A DNA stretch of 64,000 bases. Origin: Promethearchaeota archaeon. GTDB lineage: Archaea; Asgardarchaeota; Lokiarchaeia; Sigyniarchaeales; SOKP01. Position 1 is the stretch's first letter, and every line of letters starts with the position of its first letter. This document shows, piece by piece, positions 10,104 to 19,898 of this stretch. The DNA lies in assembly GCA_030599585.1 (NCBI GenBank), contig JAUVNS010000005.1, positions 128,001 to 192,000 on the forward strand, in the 5' to 3' direction. The position numbers were made by a program, and so were the translations under genes. Below the pieces are notes generated by a model that did not search any database, was not told where the DNA came from, and saw nothing but the letters and a program-made list of their open reading frames with translations.

Positions 10104-10871
10104 CTAAAAATGATTATTGATAAAATTCTCTATAACTTGATTAACCTCGTTTGGTTTTTCAAGCATTACCATATGTCCAGCTTTGTTTATTATGTGGAGT
10201 TCTGAATTTTTGATGCTATTGCGAAAGAATTTCGAGTATTTAACGGGAGTTAGTTGGTCATTTTTCCCCACGATAATTAAACATGGAACTTCGATTGTGC
10301 TTAGCTTACTTAGAACGTCGAACCCATCGCAAATCTTAAAATCGTTGTAGGTGACATCAGCACTAATTTTAGATGTTTCTTGAATATAGAGTTCTATCGT
10401 TTCTTTTGGAGTCGCGCTATAAAATGCACCAGCTGGTAGAGAATCCACGAATTCTTGATAATTACTTTTTAAAGATTTAAGGATGAAAGGAGCAACTCTT
10501 AATTTTCCTCCTGTATTAAAAAGGATCAAACCTGAAACATCCTTAGGGTATGTAAAATAATATTGTTGAACAATTGCGCCTCCTAAAGAATGACCACACA
10601 AAATAACTTTTTCATAGTTTAAAGACTTAATTAACTGGTGAACTACATCGACATACAAATGGAGTGATAAATCTGAAAAATTATCTGATTTATCATGAGA
10701 AGGTAAATCGAGTGTGATTAAATCATAATCAATATCTAAACTCAATTGATTTTTCCAAGTATATGAACTTCCTCCAGAACCATGTACAAATATAATAGCT
10801 CTGTTACTTCCAGATTTTTTATTATTATAGTAAATCCTCTTATCTTCAATTGTTAAATACATCTTTACCAA
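10104..10871 (-). CDS. alpha/beta hydrolase
   Basis: FVHGSG, GHSLGG nucleophile elbow, G..D.LTP, AGHM. Confidence 0.9.
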   Translation of the reverse strand: MVKMYLTIEDKRIYYNNKKSGSNRAIIFVHGSGGSSYTWKNQLSLDIDYDLITLDLPSHDKSDNFSDLSLHLYVDVVHQLIKSLNYEKVILCGHSLGGAIVQQYYFTYPKDVSGLILFNTGGKLRVAPFILKSLKSNYQEFVDSLPAGAFYSATPKETIELYIQETSKISADVTYNDFKICDGFDVLSKLSTIEVPCLIIVGKNDQLTPVKYSKFFRNSIKNSELHIINKAGHMVMLEKPNEVNQVIENFINNHF

Positions 10872-10985
10872 TCGTAATCAATGATATAAATTTAGTATAG
10901 AGAAAGAAGGAAACAATATAGATTTATCAAATTACTAATCGTTGATATTTAAAAATCAAGATGAATAAAATATTTAAAAAAAGAT

Positions 10986-13532
10986 TTAATTTTGGAACTC
11001 AATATCTCGATGCTGCATCTCTATTAACCGCGTGTATTTCCCGTTTAATGCTAGTAATGATTCATGTGTTCCTTGTTCTATTATACCCTTTTTATCTGTG
11101 CTTAACACAATAATATTATCTGCATTTTTAATCGTTGATAATCTATGGGCGATAATAATTGTGGTTCTTCCTTTTCTGGCTTTATCTAAAGCGTCCTGGA
11201 TAAGCGTCTCGGTGTAAGGGTCTACTGATGATGTTGCCTCATCTAAAATTAAGATTTTCGGATCTGTAATTAACGCACGAGCAAAAGCGATTAATTGACG
11301 TTGTCCAATCGAAATATTTGAAGCATTTTCTTTAAGTTTGGTATTGTATTTCTTGTGCAAAGCTTCAATGAAATTATGCAAACCGAGAAATTTAGAAACG
11401 TCTATCATTTTTCTCTCTTCCTCTGGAGTAGGGTTATCGAATGCATATAATAAATTTTCTCGTATAGTTCCTGTAAAAAGATAAGCATCTTGGGGTACTA
11501 AACCTATCATGTTTCTAAGATCTTTCTTTGTGATATCACGAATATCAATCCCATCTATCAATACTTCTCCATCGTTTACATCGTAAAACCGGGAAATCAA
11601 TTTAGTTATCGTTGTCTTACCAGATCCCGTTTCTCCAACAATAGCCATGGTTTTTCCTGAAGGTATTGTTAAATCTACATTTTTTAGGACGAAACCAGTA
11701 GATTGTTCGTGTCTAATAATGATTTTTTGTTCTTCTATAGCCTCTTTAACTATTTTCGGGATTTGTTCATAAGTTTCTTCGTTGATTTTCATAGATGCTA
11801 ACATTTTTACCATAGATTGAGGCGACATTTGAGGCATACCCCCTCCCATCATTCCTGATTCTCCACCCATTCCACTAGAAGCTGGTGTTACACTTTTACT
11901 TTTCAAACTTTTTTCTAGAAATTTGCTCATTTTTAATATTGATTCAGGGGGTATTGTTGGCATAGAGGGCAATTTTTCTTGATCTTCATGTGCATCCGGT
12001 AGCGTATCGAAAGAAATTTTTAGTTTTGGATTATTTTTTGCAAATTCTGTACCTGGAACAGCATATCCAAATTCTGCAAGGATATTATCTATTAATGAAG
12101 GTGTTTTAGAGGGATCTTGACCCATAAGGCTCATAAATAACTTCTGTCTTATGTTCTGAGGCATGTTCATGGTATTTTTCATCAAGAAAGAAGAATATGG
12201 CTCTGGTAACGACTTCATAAAATCCATAGCTCTTTTTCTCATTTGCTCCATCATTGGATTATCTGAGTGCGCAACACCTGGTGTTTTGGGTGGTGTCATA
12301 GTCTTTGGACTAGTTTGAATTGGATCGGACTCACGATTAGTAATTTCTCCATTTTCCAATATATAACCAAAATTTACGGAATTAAACTTAATTTCTCCAA
12401 TTACATTTTCAATTTGTTTTGGACTCTCATTATCAGGTATTTCAACTCTCTCTTCTAATAAGGTATATATTCTATCACTCGCAGCTAAAGATGCAGTGAT
12501 TATTTCTTGAATCTGCATTAATGTCATGAATGGTCTAAAAAATTGACCCAGAATCGATATGTATGCGCTAAGCACTCCAACTGTAACCGTAATACCAAAT
12601 ATCGAGACATTTCCTAAGACTGCAAACCCTCCTGCTAATAAAATTCCTGCCGTAAGTATGGTTGTTACTAATGAAATTAATGGAAAGATCGTTGCCATAA
12701 ACTTTCTTATTTTTAACATTGCATTATAATTAGCCGTATTAGCTTCATCAAACTCTGAGGATGCTTTTTTTTCCTGTCCGTAGGCTTGAACTACTTTAGC
12801 TCCCGCAATATTTTCTTGAATTGAAGATGTAATGGTCCCAATTGTTTTTCTAGATTCCTTAAAAAGTCCCATTGCTCTCTTTCTAAATATATATATAAAA
12901 ATAAAAAATATCGGGAAAATAATTAAAGAAAGTAAAGCTAGGAACACATTGAGAAAGAACATTATGGTTACTGTAAGGGCTAAACTAACAATACTTGAAA
13001 TTATCGAAACGAATTGACCCCCAACCAATTGATTTAGCTGAGACACATCATTAGTTGTTATAGACATTATATCTCCCGAGGATCTCTTATCAAAATAACT
13101 TAATGACATATCTTGAAGCTTATAGAAAAGGTTATTTCGAATCTCGAATGTAATATTTTGTGATATTTTTCCCATTCCGTACTGTGCAAAATACGTCGTT
13201 ATAGCCATAGCTACAAGAAGCGAAAAGTAAAATGTAGTCATAACTATGATATAAACACTATCTTTGGCCACAATACCGTAGTCTATTAAATTTGCTGAAA
13301 TGATGGGAGTTATTGAAGTTATTAAAGTTCCAAGTAACAACAAAATTAAAAAGGTTACAAATTTCCATTTGTATCCTCTTAAATATGAAAACAACCATTT
13401 CCACAATTCTCGATTAGAGTGTTCTAATTTAGATTTACCACTATCCATCATAAAGCCACGATGCATACCAACCCCTGGTTGAATAATTTTCTTTTCTTCT
13501 TCTTCTTTTTTCTTCTGATTATTGTTACTCAT
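10986..13532 (-). CDS. ABC exporter TMD-NBD subunit (canonical Walker B/H-loop) with a ~220-aa insertion in the NBD; likely start ATG 13532
   Basis: multi-helix TMD, GETGSGKT, ISIGQRQL, LILDEA, AHRL; ATG 13532 follows GGAGG and overlaps the partner gene stop. Confidence 0.92.
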   Translation of the reverse strand: MSNNNQKKKEEEEKKIIQPGVGMHRGFMMDSGKSKLEHSNRELWKWLFSYLRGYKWKFVTFLILLLLGTLITSITPIISANLIDYGIVAKDSVYIIVMTTFYFSLLVAMAITTYFAQYGMGKISQNITFEIRNNLFYKLQDMSLSYFDKRSSGDIMSITTNDVSQLNQLVGGQFVSIISSIVSLALTVTIMFFLNVFLALLSLIIFPIFFIFIYIFRKRAMGLFKESRKTIGTITSSIQENIAGAKVVQAYGQEKKASSEFDEANTANYNAMLKIRKFMATIFPLISLVTTILTAGILLAGGFAVLGNVSIFGITVTVGVLSAYISILGQFFRPFMTLMQIQEIITASLAASDRIYTLLEERVEIPDNESPKQIENVIGEIKFNSVNFGYILENGEITNRESDPIQTSPKTMTPPKTPGVAHSDNPMMEQMRKRAMDFMKSLPEPYSSFLMKNTMNMPQNIRQKLFMSLMGQDPSKTPSLIDNILAEFGYAVPGTEFAKNNPKLKISFDTLPDAHEDQEKLPSMPTIPPESILKMSKFLEKSLKSKSVTPASSGMGGESGMMGGGMPQMSPQSMVKMLASMKINEETYEQIPKIVKEAIEEQKIIIRHEQSTGFVLKNVDLTIPSGKTMAIVGETGSGKTTITKLISRFYDVNDGEVLIDGIDIRDITKKDLRNMIGLVPQDAYLFTGTIRENLLYAFDNPTPEEERKMIDVSKFLGLHNFIEALHKKYNTKLKENASNISIGQRQLIAFARALITDPKILILDEATSSVDPYTETLIQDALDKARKGRTTIIIAHRLSTIKNADNIIVLSTDKKGIIEQGTHESLLALNGKYTRLIEMQHRDIEFQN

Positions 13533-15267
13533 TAATGTTTCCTCCTTTCGATTTTTGTTTTTGAAACAGAGTTTCATATATTTGCTTATATAATACATTT
13601 GATTTAATTAATTCTTCGTGATTACCGAATCCTACCACGCGACCTCGATCTAGAATTAATATCAAATCCGCATTTCGAATGGTAGATATACGCTGTGTTA
13701 TTATAATGGTTGTCGTATCTTTCATTATTTTTGTAAGGGCTTCTTGAATTTTAAATTCAGTTTCAACATCAACAGAACTTGTAGAATCATCAAAAACCAA
13801 AATCTTAGGTTTTACAATTAAGGCTCTAGCAATGGATAACCGTTGCTTTTGGCCTCCTGATAGCCGTGTCCCTCTTTCTCCTACAATTGAATCGTACCCT
13901 TTCGGTAAAGTTATGATAAACTCATGGAGTTCGGCAATTTGTGCTGCTTCAACAATTTCCTCCTCCTTAGCATCCTCCTTACCATAGGCTATATTTTCTG
14001 CTATGCTCTTATTAAAAAGATAAGTTTCTTGGGAAACTATCCCAATATTTCTTCTTAAATCTTTCAATCTATAATTTTGGATATTTATTCCATCAATTTT
14101 GATACTACCATCATTAACTTCGTAAAATCGTGGAATTAAATTTATTACTGTTGACTTACCAGAGCCAGTCGTCCCTAAAATTGCTAATTTCTTTCCCTCG
14201 GGTATTTTAAATGTAACATCCTTCAAAATTCTATGCTCAGACGTATAACCAAACGATACATTTTCAAAAACTATTTCACCTTTTACATTTTCCAGGGGGA
14301 GAGCGTCTGGAAGATCTTCAATTTCAGGAGCAGAATCAAGAATTTCTCTAACACGCGTTAAAGCAGCATCCGCTTGAACATAAAGCAGCATAATTTGTCC
14401 TAACATCATTAAAGGGAAACCTAGAACGGCTATATAGGAAATTAAAGTGATTATTGCTTCCAATGTTATTTTTCCCTCAATATACCACATTCCTCCTAAG
14501 AAAAATGTGATAATTATCATAAATCCGATAACAATATATACAAGTGGCATGTAAAGCGAGTTGTATTTTACTGAGTCAACACTCGCTTTGTAGAATCTTC
14601 GATTGTTTAGTTGGAATTTCTTGTGTTCTTTATCTTGAGTGCTAAACATTCTAACAACTTCAGCTCCTACGATATTCTCCCTAATCGTATTAGTTAACTC
14701 GCCAAAACTTTCCCGCGTTTCTATAAAAATCGGTTTTAATTTTTTAGCTATAAAGTAGGATATAGTTAAGGATACAACAAAAGCTGTTATCAAAATAAAT
14801 GAAAGTTCTAAGCTAAAAAGTAAAAAACCAACAAAAACACCTGTCATTTGAAGAATCGATTGTAATCCTAAAGTTAAACCCATCCCAAAAATCATTTGAG
14901 TTTCTTCGATGTCACTTGTAGCTCTTGATATCAACTGACCAGTTTCAGTCTTATCAAAAAATGAAAATGATTGTCGGTATATAGCATTACTAATATCTGC
15001 TCGTAAGTAATATATGGCTCTAGAAGATACTTCTGCTCCTTTAAGTCTAGCGGCTCGACTGGTAAAGTATATCAATACTGCGAACAATACAATCAGTAAA
15101 AAATTTATTAATAAATCTGGAGCATTTGTTAATGCTCCAATCATTCTCCCTATAAATATGGGAGTGAATGTGTAAAAAATCGTTGATATTAAGAGAAGTG
15201 TAAACTGATAAATGAAGTTTTTTCTCGATTTTGCCCAATATTTGAATATCATGCGAAGTGAATTCAT
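13525..15267 (-). CDS. ABC exporter TMD-NBD subunit (degenerate site) of a TM287/288-type heterodimer
   Basis: GTTGSGKS, LSGGQ, degenerate Walker B FDDS and TQR in place of AHR. Confidence 0.93.
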   Translation of the reverse strand: MNSLRMIFKYWAKSRKNFIYQFTLLLISTIFYTFTPIFIGRMIGALTNAPDLLINFLLIVLFAVLIYFTSRAARLKGAEVSSRAIYYLRADISNAIYRQSFSFFDKTETGQLISRATSDIEETQMIFGMGLTLGLQSILQMTGVFVGFLLFSLELSFILITAFVVSLTISYFIAKKLKPIFIETRESFGELTNTIRENIVGAEVVRMFSTQDKEHKKFQLNNRRFYKASVDSVKYNSLYMPLVYIVIGFMIIITFFLGGMWYIEGKITLEAIITLISYIAVLGFPLMMLGQIMLLYVQADAALTRVREILDSAPEIEDLPDALPLENVKGEIVFENVSFGYTSEHRILKDVTFKIPEGKKLAILGTTGSGKSTVINLIPRFYEVNDGSIKIDGINIQNYRLKDLRRNIGIVSQETYLFNKSIAENIAYGKEDAKEEEIVEAAQIAELHEFIITLPKGYDSIVGERGTRLSGGQKQRLSIARALIVKPKILVFDDSTSSVDVETEFKIQEALTKIMKDTTTIIITQRISTIRNADLILILDRGRVVGFGNHEELIKSNVLYKQIYETLFQKQKSKGGNINE

Positions 15268-15274
15268 AATTTTC

Positions 15275-15814
15275 TCATTCTTCCTTTTTCAAGTTAGTAA
15301 TTTTTTGAATTTTTTGTTTCTCTTTTCTAATTTTTCTCAATATTTCATTTACATCATCTTCCATATATGTCAATGCATTCAATTTTTCTTCAATAGAAAC
15401 GTCCTTCTGCATTATATATTCAACTGGACTAGACCACACGCAAAAGGTTGCTCCTTTTAGAAACGTCTCATGATCAAATTCTAAACCACTTTCTGGAAAT
15501 CGATGTTTGATAAACTCAAATAATTTTCCGATTTTTTGACGAAGATCTGATGATTTTCTTATGCCTTTTTCGGTTAGAAAATATAGGTGTTTAGGTCGAC
15601 CGGTATCCTTACTTACATCGTCTTTTATTGATAAATAGCCTTCTTCTGCTAATTCTTTCATCATCCGATAAATCTTTGAGTGTGGTATATTTCCAAACTT
15701 CTTCAAATCGTAGTAAGTTAATCCTTCTGGAAAATCTTTGACTGTGTTGAATATAAATATGGTTTTTAAATCCTCTGAGAATTCTATGAAGAATTTAAAC
15801 CCTTTAGGCCACAT
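15275..15814 (-). CDS. PadR-like winged-helix regulator; likely start ATG 15814 (MWPKGF)
   Basis: TYYDL...KIYRMMKEL.EEGYL...GRPKHLYFLTEKG; first gene of the ABC operon. Confidence 0.8.
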   Translation of the reverse strand: MWPKGFKFFIEFSEDLKTIFIFNTVKDFPEGLTYYDLKKFGNIPHSKIYRMMKELAEEGYLSIKDDVSKDTGRPKHLYFLTEKGIRKSSDLRQKIGKLFEFIKHRFPESGLEFDHETFLKGATFCVWSSPVEYIMQKDVSIEEKLNALTYMEDDVNEILRKIRKEKQKIQKITNLKKEE

Positions 15815-15984
15815 TTTTGTATAAAAGATATAAATAAGAAAATTTTTTTCAAAATGAAATATTATGAAAGGCGAAATATTCATTAATTTATAATTTTTTT
15901 CATTTTGAAATATTAATATTTTTATGAAATCCTTTTATAATTAATCGCGATTATCTATATTAAAATTAATATTAAACGATTAAA

Positions 15985-17313
15985 ATGACAGACGTATTTA
16001 TAGCAGACACAAAAAAGGGTGTTAGTAAAGCCGTAAATGAAATCTTTTCAAACTTAACGAAAACGGAATCGATTTTAAAAAGCTCAAAAGAAGTCTATAT
16101 TAAGGTAAATGGAATTGATTTTAAGAAGCACGCATATACATCTCCCGAAGTACTTAAAGAAGTGATAATATATTTAAAAGGCAAGGATGCCAAGATTTAC
16201 GTAATGGAGAACTCTACTCAAGCAAACATGACTCGAATAGTCTTTGCAATCAACGGTTTTAAAGAAGTATGCGAAAAAACCGGCGCTGAAATCGTATATT
16301 TAGACGAAGAGGATACAGAAACTTTTGAATTTAAGGGGAAACCTTCTGCAGAAGATAAACATACGGGATACAATCTAAAGACTTTTAGATTACCTAAAAC
16401 GATCGTTAAAATCATGAAAAATAGGGATTCGATAACATATATAAATCTTCCCAAGCTTAAAACTCATTCAATGGCAGGAGTAACTCTCGGAATTAAAAAT
16501 CAATGGGGATTTCCCCAACATGCTGATCGAGGAAAAGATCATAACTATAATCTACATTCAAAATTAGTTGACGTTTATGAATATATTAAACCAGACATAA
16601 CGATTATTGATGGAATTGAGGGCACAATTCATGGACATTACCCTCCTACAGCATGGGAAGATCGACTAGTTAAAAAATTTAACATTTTAATAGGTGGAAG
16701 AGACACCTTAGCTGTAGATGTCGTTGGAGCAAGAGTTTTTGGTTTAACCTTAGATGATGTCCCTCACCTTAAAATAGCTAACAAGAGAGGATTAGGAGAA
16801 GGGGATTTAAGTAAAATTCAAGTAATAGGAAAAAACTTGGACGAATATACAGAGAAATACCCCTGGGATTTATTACAAGAGTTCCCTGAGAATGTTATGA
16901 TTGTGAAGGGCACTAAATTATTATGTAGAGAAGGTTGCCAAAACAATCCCTTAGCTACTTTACAAGTATTTGCTTATGATCATAAAGAGAAATTCAAAGG
17001 AGGTTGGTTTTTAGTAATGGGTAAAGGTCACGACGAAAATCTTGTAGAAATCTTGAAGGAAAAAGGTTTTACTAAAGGATTAGTAGCAGGATATTGTGCG
17101 ATTGATGAAGTCGGCGAAAAAATTAGGAAAGAATTCGGGAAACGGAAAGTCTTTTTTTCAGGTGATTGCAATAATTTAGCTGAAACAGTTAAAGCAATTC
17201 TTAAATTATCAGGTATGACGGTTTTTGATTTAGTATCAATTTCCACTGAAGAGATAATGTCCCTTATTGATAGTGCTAAGGAACACGGCAGTACCGCTTT
17301 AGTTCCATTGTAA
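15985..17313 (+). CDS. DUF362-domain protein (putative Fe-S)
   Basis: IKVN, T.PEV, INLPKLKTH..AGVTLGIKN..G, IIDGI, D..AVD motifs plus Cys-containing C-terminal part. Confidence 0.85.
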   Translation: MTDVFIADTKKGVSKAVNEIFSNLTKTESILKSSKEVYIKVNGIDFKKHAYTSPEVLKEVIIYLKGKDAKIYVMENSTQANMTRIVFAINGFKEVCEKTGAEIVYLDEEDTETFEFKGKPSAEDKHTGYNLKTFRLPKTIVKIMKNRDSITYINLPKLKTHSMAGVTLGIKNQWGFPQHADRGKDHNYNLHSKLVDVYEYIKPDITIIDGIEGTIHGHYPPTAWEDRLVKKFNILIGGRDTLAVDVVGARVFGLTLDDVPHLKIANKRGLGEGDLSKIQVIGKNLDEYTEKYPWDLLQEFPENVMIVKGTKLLCREGCQNNPLATLQVFAYDHKEKFKGGWFLVMGKGHDENLVEILKEKGFTKGLVAGYCAIDEVGEKIRKEFGKRKVFFSGDCNNLAETVKAILKLSGMTVFDLVSISTEEIMSLIDSAKEHGSTALVPL

Positions 17314-17466
17314 TACTACAACAATTAGAAATACATTATTTAGCTTTCAGATAGGATTGGATCTAAAACAATTAGTACCTATTTTTATTACTTCTTCTTA
17401 TTTTATTTACCTTTTTGTAAAAGAAAAATAATGTTTTATTAATAAGATGGTTCAATAAATTTAATA

Positions 17467-18216
17467 ATGGATTTTGAATCAAAATATTTTGAAATAAGAC
17501 AATTCTTATCGATTTCTGAGCTAGATTTTAACTTGGATAAGAAGATTGATGAAATTTTTGATTCAGATAGTCTTAAGATGGAAATATTAAGTAATATTAC
17601 CCAATTTATCTATTATTTTTCACTTTTTAAGAATGTAAAACCTTTTATGAATTCCGTTTACTACTGCATTGAAACTACTTTAGAAATTCGGGTTGAATCT
17701 GTAAGCGATTTTAAAGAGCTACTAGTAAAAAATGCATTGATGAGATTTGTTCAAGAATATATAGATTACTCACAATTAACACAAAAAAGACAAGTAATGA
17801 AGTTTTTATCCGATTCATTTGAGAAACTTCAAATTCAGCCTATTATTATTAATTTAGGGTTACTTCTTAAACCTATGTATCAGGATAAGGCTTATCTTGA
17901 TAGAGCACTCAAGACTAAGGAAGAAAAAATCAATTATTCCCTTCTTACTGAAAATGAAAATGAAATTGAAATTAAGACCATAATTGACGAATGGTTAAAG
18001 GTTCAAGTTATTACATTAAACAATCAAGACGAGATTAAAACAGAATTAGGAAAAAAATATGAAGATTTAATGATTAATTTTAAAATTATTAAAAGCTCTG
18101 AGATTTACAAAAAACTTTTCAAGGAAATAATGGAAATGCTCTCATTGAGACTTACTCTTATTAGTTTAACGGAATCAATATCAGACGATTCATTTGAACC
18201 TATTCCAATTAAATAA
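17467..18216 (+). CDS. hypothetical helical protein
   Basis: 249-aa ORF filling the gap; no recognisable motif. Confidence 0.65.
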   Translation: MDFESKYFEIRQFLSISELDFNLDKKIDEIFDSDSLKMEILSNITQFIYYFSLFKNVKPFMNSVYYCIETTLEIRVESVSDFKELLVKNALMRFVQEYIDYSQLTQKRQVMKFLSDSFEKLQIQPIIINLGLLLKPMYQDKAYLDRALKTKEEKINYSLLTENENEIEIKTIIDEWLKVQVITLNNQDEIKTELGKKYEDLMINFKIIKSSEIYKKLFKEIMEMLSLRLTLISLTESISDDSFEPIPIK

Positions 18217-18385
18217 ATGCCTTACTCGAAGTTCTGATTCTTGTTCTATTCCAAAATTCCATATTTTTAAAAATTCGAATAATTTGAACATTTAGGATAT
18301 TGAAATCTATTAAATCTTGGATAAGTAAATTATTAAATACAAATTTTGATATTATATTTAAAAAAAACAATAATTTACTCCTAGC

Positions 18386-19867
18386 GTGAGAAAATTGGAA
18401 GAAAACGATAAACCTTTATCCACCGAAGAAATAGAGAAGCAAAAAAAGATAGTTGATGACCTATATAGAAAAGAAAAAGAAGATAGAGAAAGTTACTTCA
18501 AGAGCTTTGAGGAAGAACGAAAAACTGCTTTTGAAGAGAGTAAAGATCTTATATCCTCATTAATCTCAAAGAAGAGCTTCATGAGAGAAAAACAAAGAGA
18601 AAAAGATATAATAAGAATGGAGATTAAACCTGAAATCGAAAAAACTGGCGAAGCGATTGAAAAATCCATAAGTGAAAAAGCTTTTATGAGAGAGAAACAC
18701 AGAGAAGAAGATCATATAAGGATCGATCTAAAACCTGATATTAGAGGGGTAGGTGAAGCAATAAGTAAAACTGTTGACGACAAGGCTTTCTTAATTGAAA
18801 AAAGGAGAGAATCTGATGAACACAGAATGAAGATCAAACCTAACTTCGAGCAAACAGGAGAGGTAATAAGTAAAAATATTGATGAAAAAGCTTTTTTAAT
18901 AGAAAAAAAGAAAGAGAGCGATTCGGTATTGCTAGATTTAAAACCAGACATGCAAACTGCTAGCAACGCAATTAGTAAATCAATAGGAGAGAAGGCTTTT
19001 TTAAGAGAAAAACAAAGAGAAAGCGATCTGAGTAGAATGCATATCAAACCAGACTTTATGAAAACGGGTGAAGCGATAAGTAAAACAATAGCCGAAAAAG
19101 CTTTTAGAATTGAGAAAAAAAAAGAGACCCAGCACAAAAAAATGGAACTACATCCAGATATTGAAGGTAAAGGAGAGGCAATAAAGGAATCTATTAACGA
19201 AAAAGCATTTAGGATTGATATGCAAAAGGATAGAGAAAGAAAAATAAAAGAGTTAAATCCAGATATTAGCAAAGCTGGAGAATCCATTGCCCAATCTATT
19301 GGAACAAAGGCCTTTTTACGCGAAACGCGCAGAGAAAAGGATCATGAGAGAATAGATTTGAAACCAGATTTTATGAAAACTGGAGACGCAATTAGCGCTA
19401 CAGTAGCTGAAAAAGCCTTTAGAATGGAAAAAAGTCGCGAAATTGACGAAAAAAAACATGACCTAAAACCTGATATAAAAAAAACTGCAGAATTAATTAG
19501 CAAATCTATACAAGAAAAAGCGTTTTTACGAGAAAAACACAGAGCCGAGGATTCTAAACGTATGGAAATAAAACCAGACATAACAAAAGCAAGTCAAGCC
19601 ATTAAATCTTCAATTGACGAAAAGGCTTTTAGAATTGAGAAGCAAAAAGAGATGGACCATAAAAGAATGGAATTAAAACCGGACTTTGAGAAATCCAGTG
19701 ACGCTATTCAAAAAACAATAGGGGAAAAAGCATTTATTATCGAAAAACAAAAAACTCGCGATTCTGAACTAATAGAGCTTAAACCAGATATTAAAGGTAT
19801 CAGTTCTTTAATCGAAGGAAAAATTGAAAAAATTGAACAGAAGAAAAAGGACGAGAATACTACATAA
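18386..19867 (+). CDS. 35-aa tandem-repeat charged helical protein (nebulin-like period and motif)
   Basis: 12 gap-free 35-aa units plus a partial unit; consensus KPD(I/F)xxxGEAISKSIxEKAFxxEKxRExDxxRM(E/D)(L/I). Confidence 0.85.
   Translation: MRKLEENDKPLSTEEIEKQKKIVDDLYRKEKEDRESYFKSFEEERKTAFEESKDLISSLISKKSFMREKQREKDIIRMEIKPEIEKTGEAIEKSISEKAFMREKHREEDHIRIDLKPDIRGVGEAISKTVDDKAFLIEKRRESDEHRMKIKPNFEQTGEVISKNIDEKAFLIEKKKESDSVLLDLKPDMQTASNAISKSIGEKAFLREKQRESDLSRMHIKPDFMKTGEAISKTIAEKAFRIEKKKETQHKKMELHPDIEGKGEAIKESINEKAFRIDMQKDRERKIKELNPDISKAGESIAQSIGTKAFLRETRREKDHERIDLKPDFMKTGDAISATVAEKAFRMEKSREIDEKKHDLKPDIKKTAELISKSIQEKAFLREKHRAEDSKRMEIKPDITKASQAIKSSIDEKAFRIEKQKEMDHKRMELKPDFEKSSDAIQKTIGEKAFIIEKQKTRDSELIELKPDIKGISSLIEGKIEKIEQKKKDENTT
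18521..19780 (+). repeat. 12 x 105-bp degenerate coding tandem repeat
   Basis: recurring aaacc(t/a)ga and gaaaaagc(t/a/c)ttt at 105-nt spacing. Confidence 0.9.
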
Positions 19868-19898
19868 AGATTGAAATCTTCTCTACTCTTATCTAAAG

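Noticed and set aside
11697-12362. Intein in the ABC ATPase domain
   Set aside because: No recognisable intein N-terminal block, no terminal His-Asn followed by Cys/Ser/Thr, and no LAGLIDADG motifs.
13533-13598. Extended N-terminus of the 870-aa ABC ORF (similarly 15815-15883 and 9263-9295)
   Set aside because: Longest-ORF artefacts; internal ATGs fit better (SD and stop/start coupling at 13532, domain starts at 15814 and 9262).
18712-19581. Antisense ORFs (191 aa and 79 aa) inside the repeat gene
   Set aside because: Shadow of the K/E-rich repetitive sense strand (S/F/L-rich translation); no independent coding evidence.
18521-19780. CRISPR-like array
   Set aside because: Units are degenerate, 105 bp, in frame and vary at synonymous positions; there is no identical repeat/unique spacer pattern and no cas gene.
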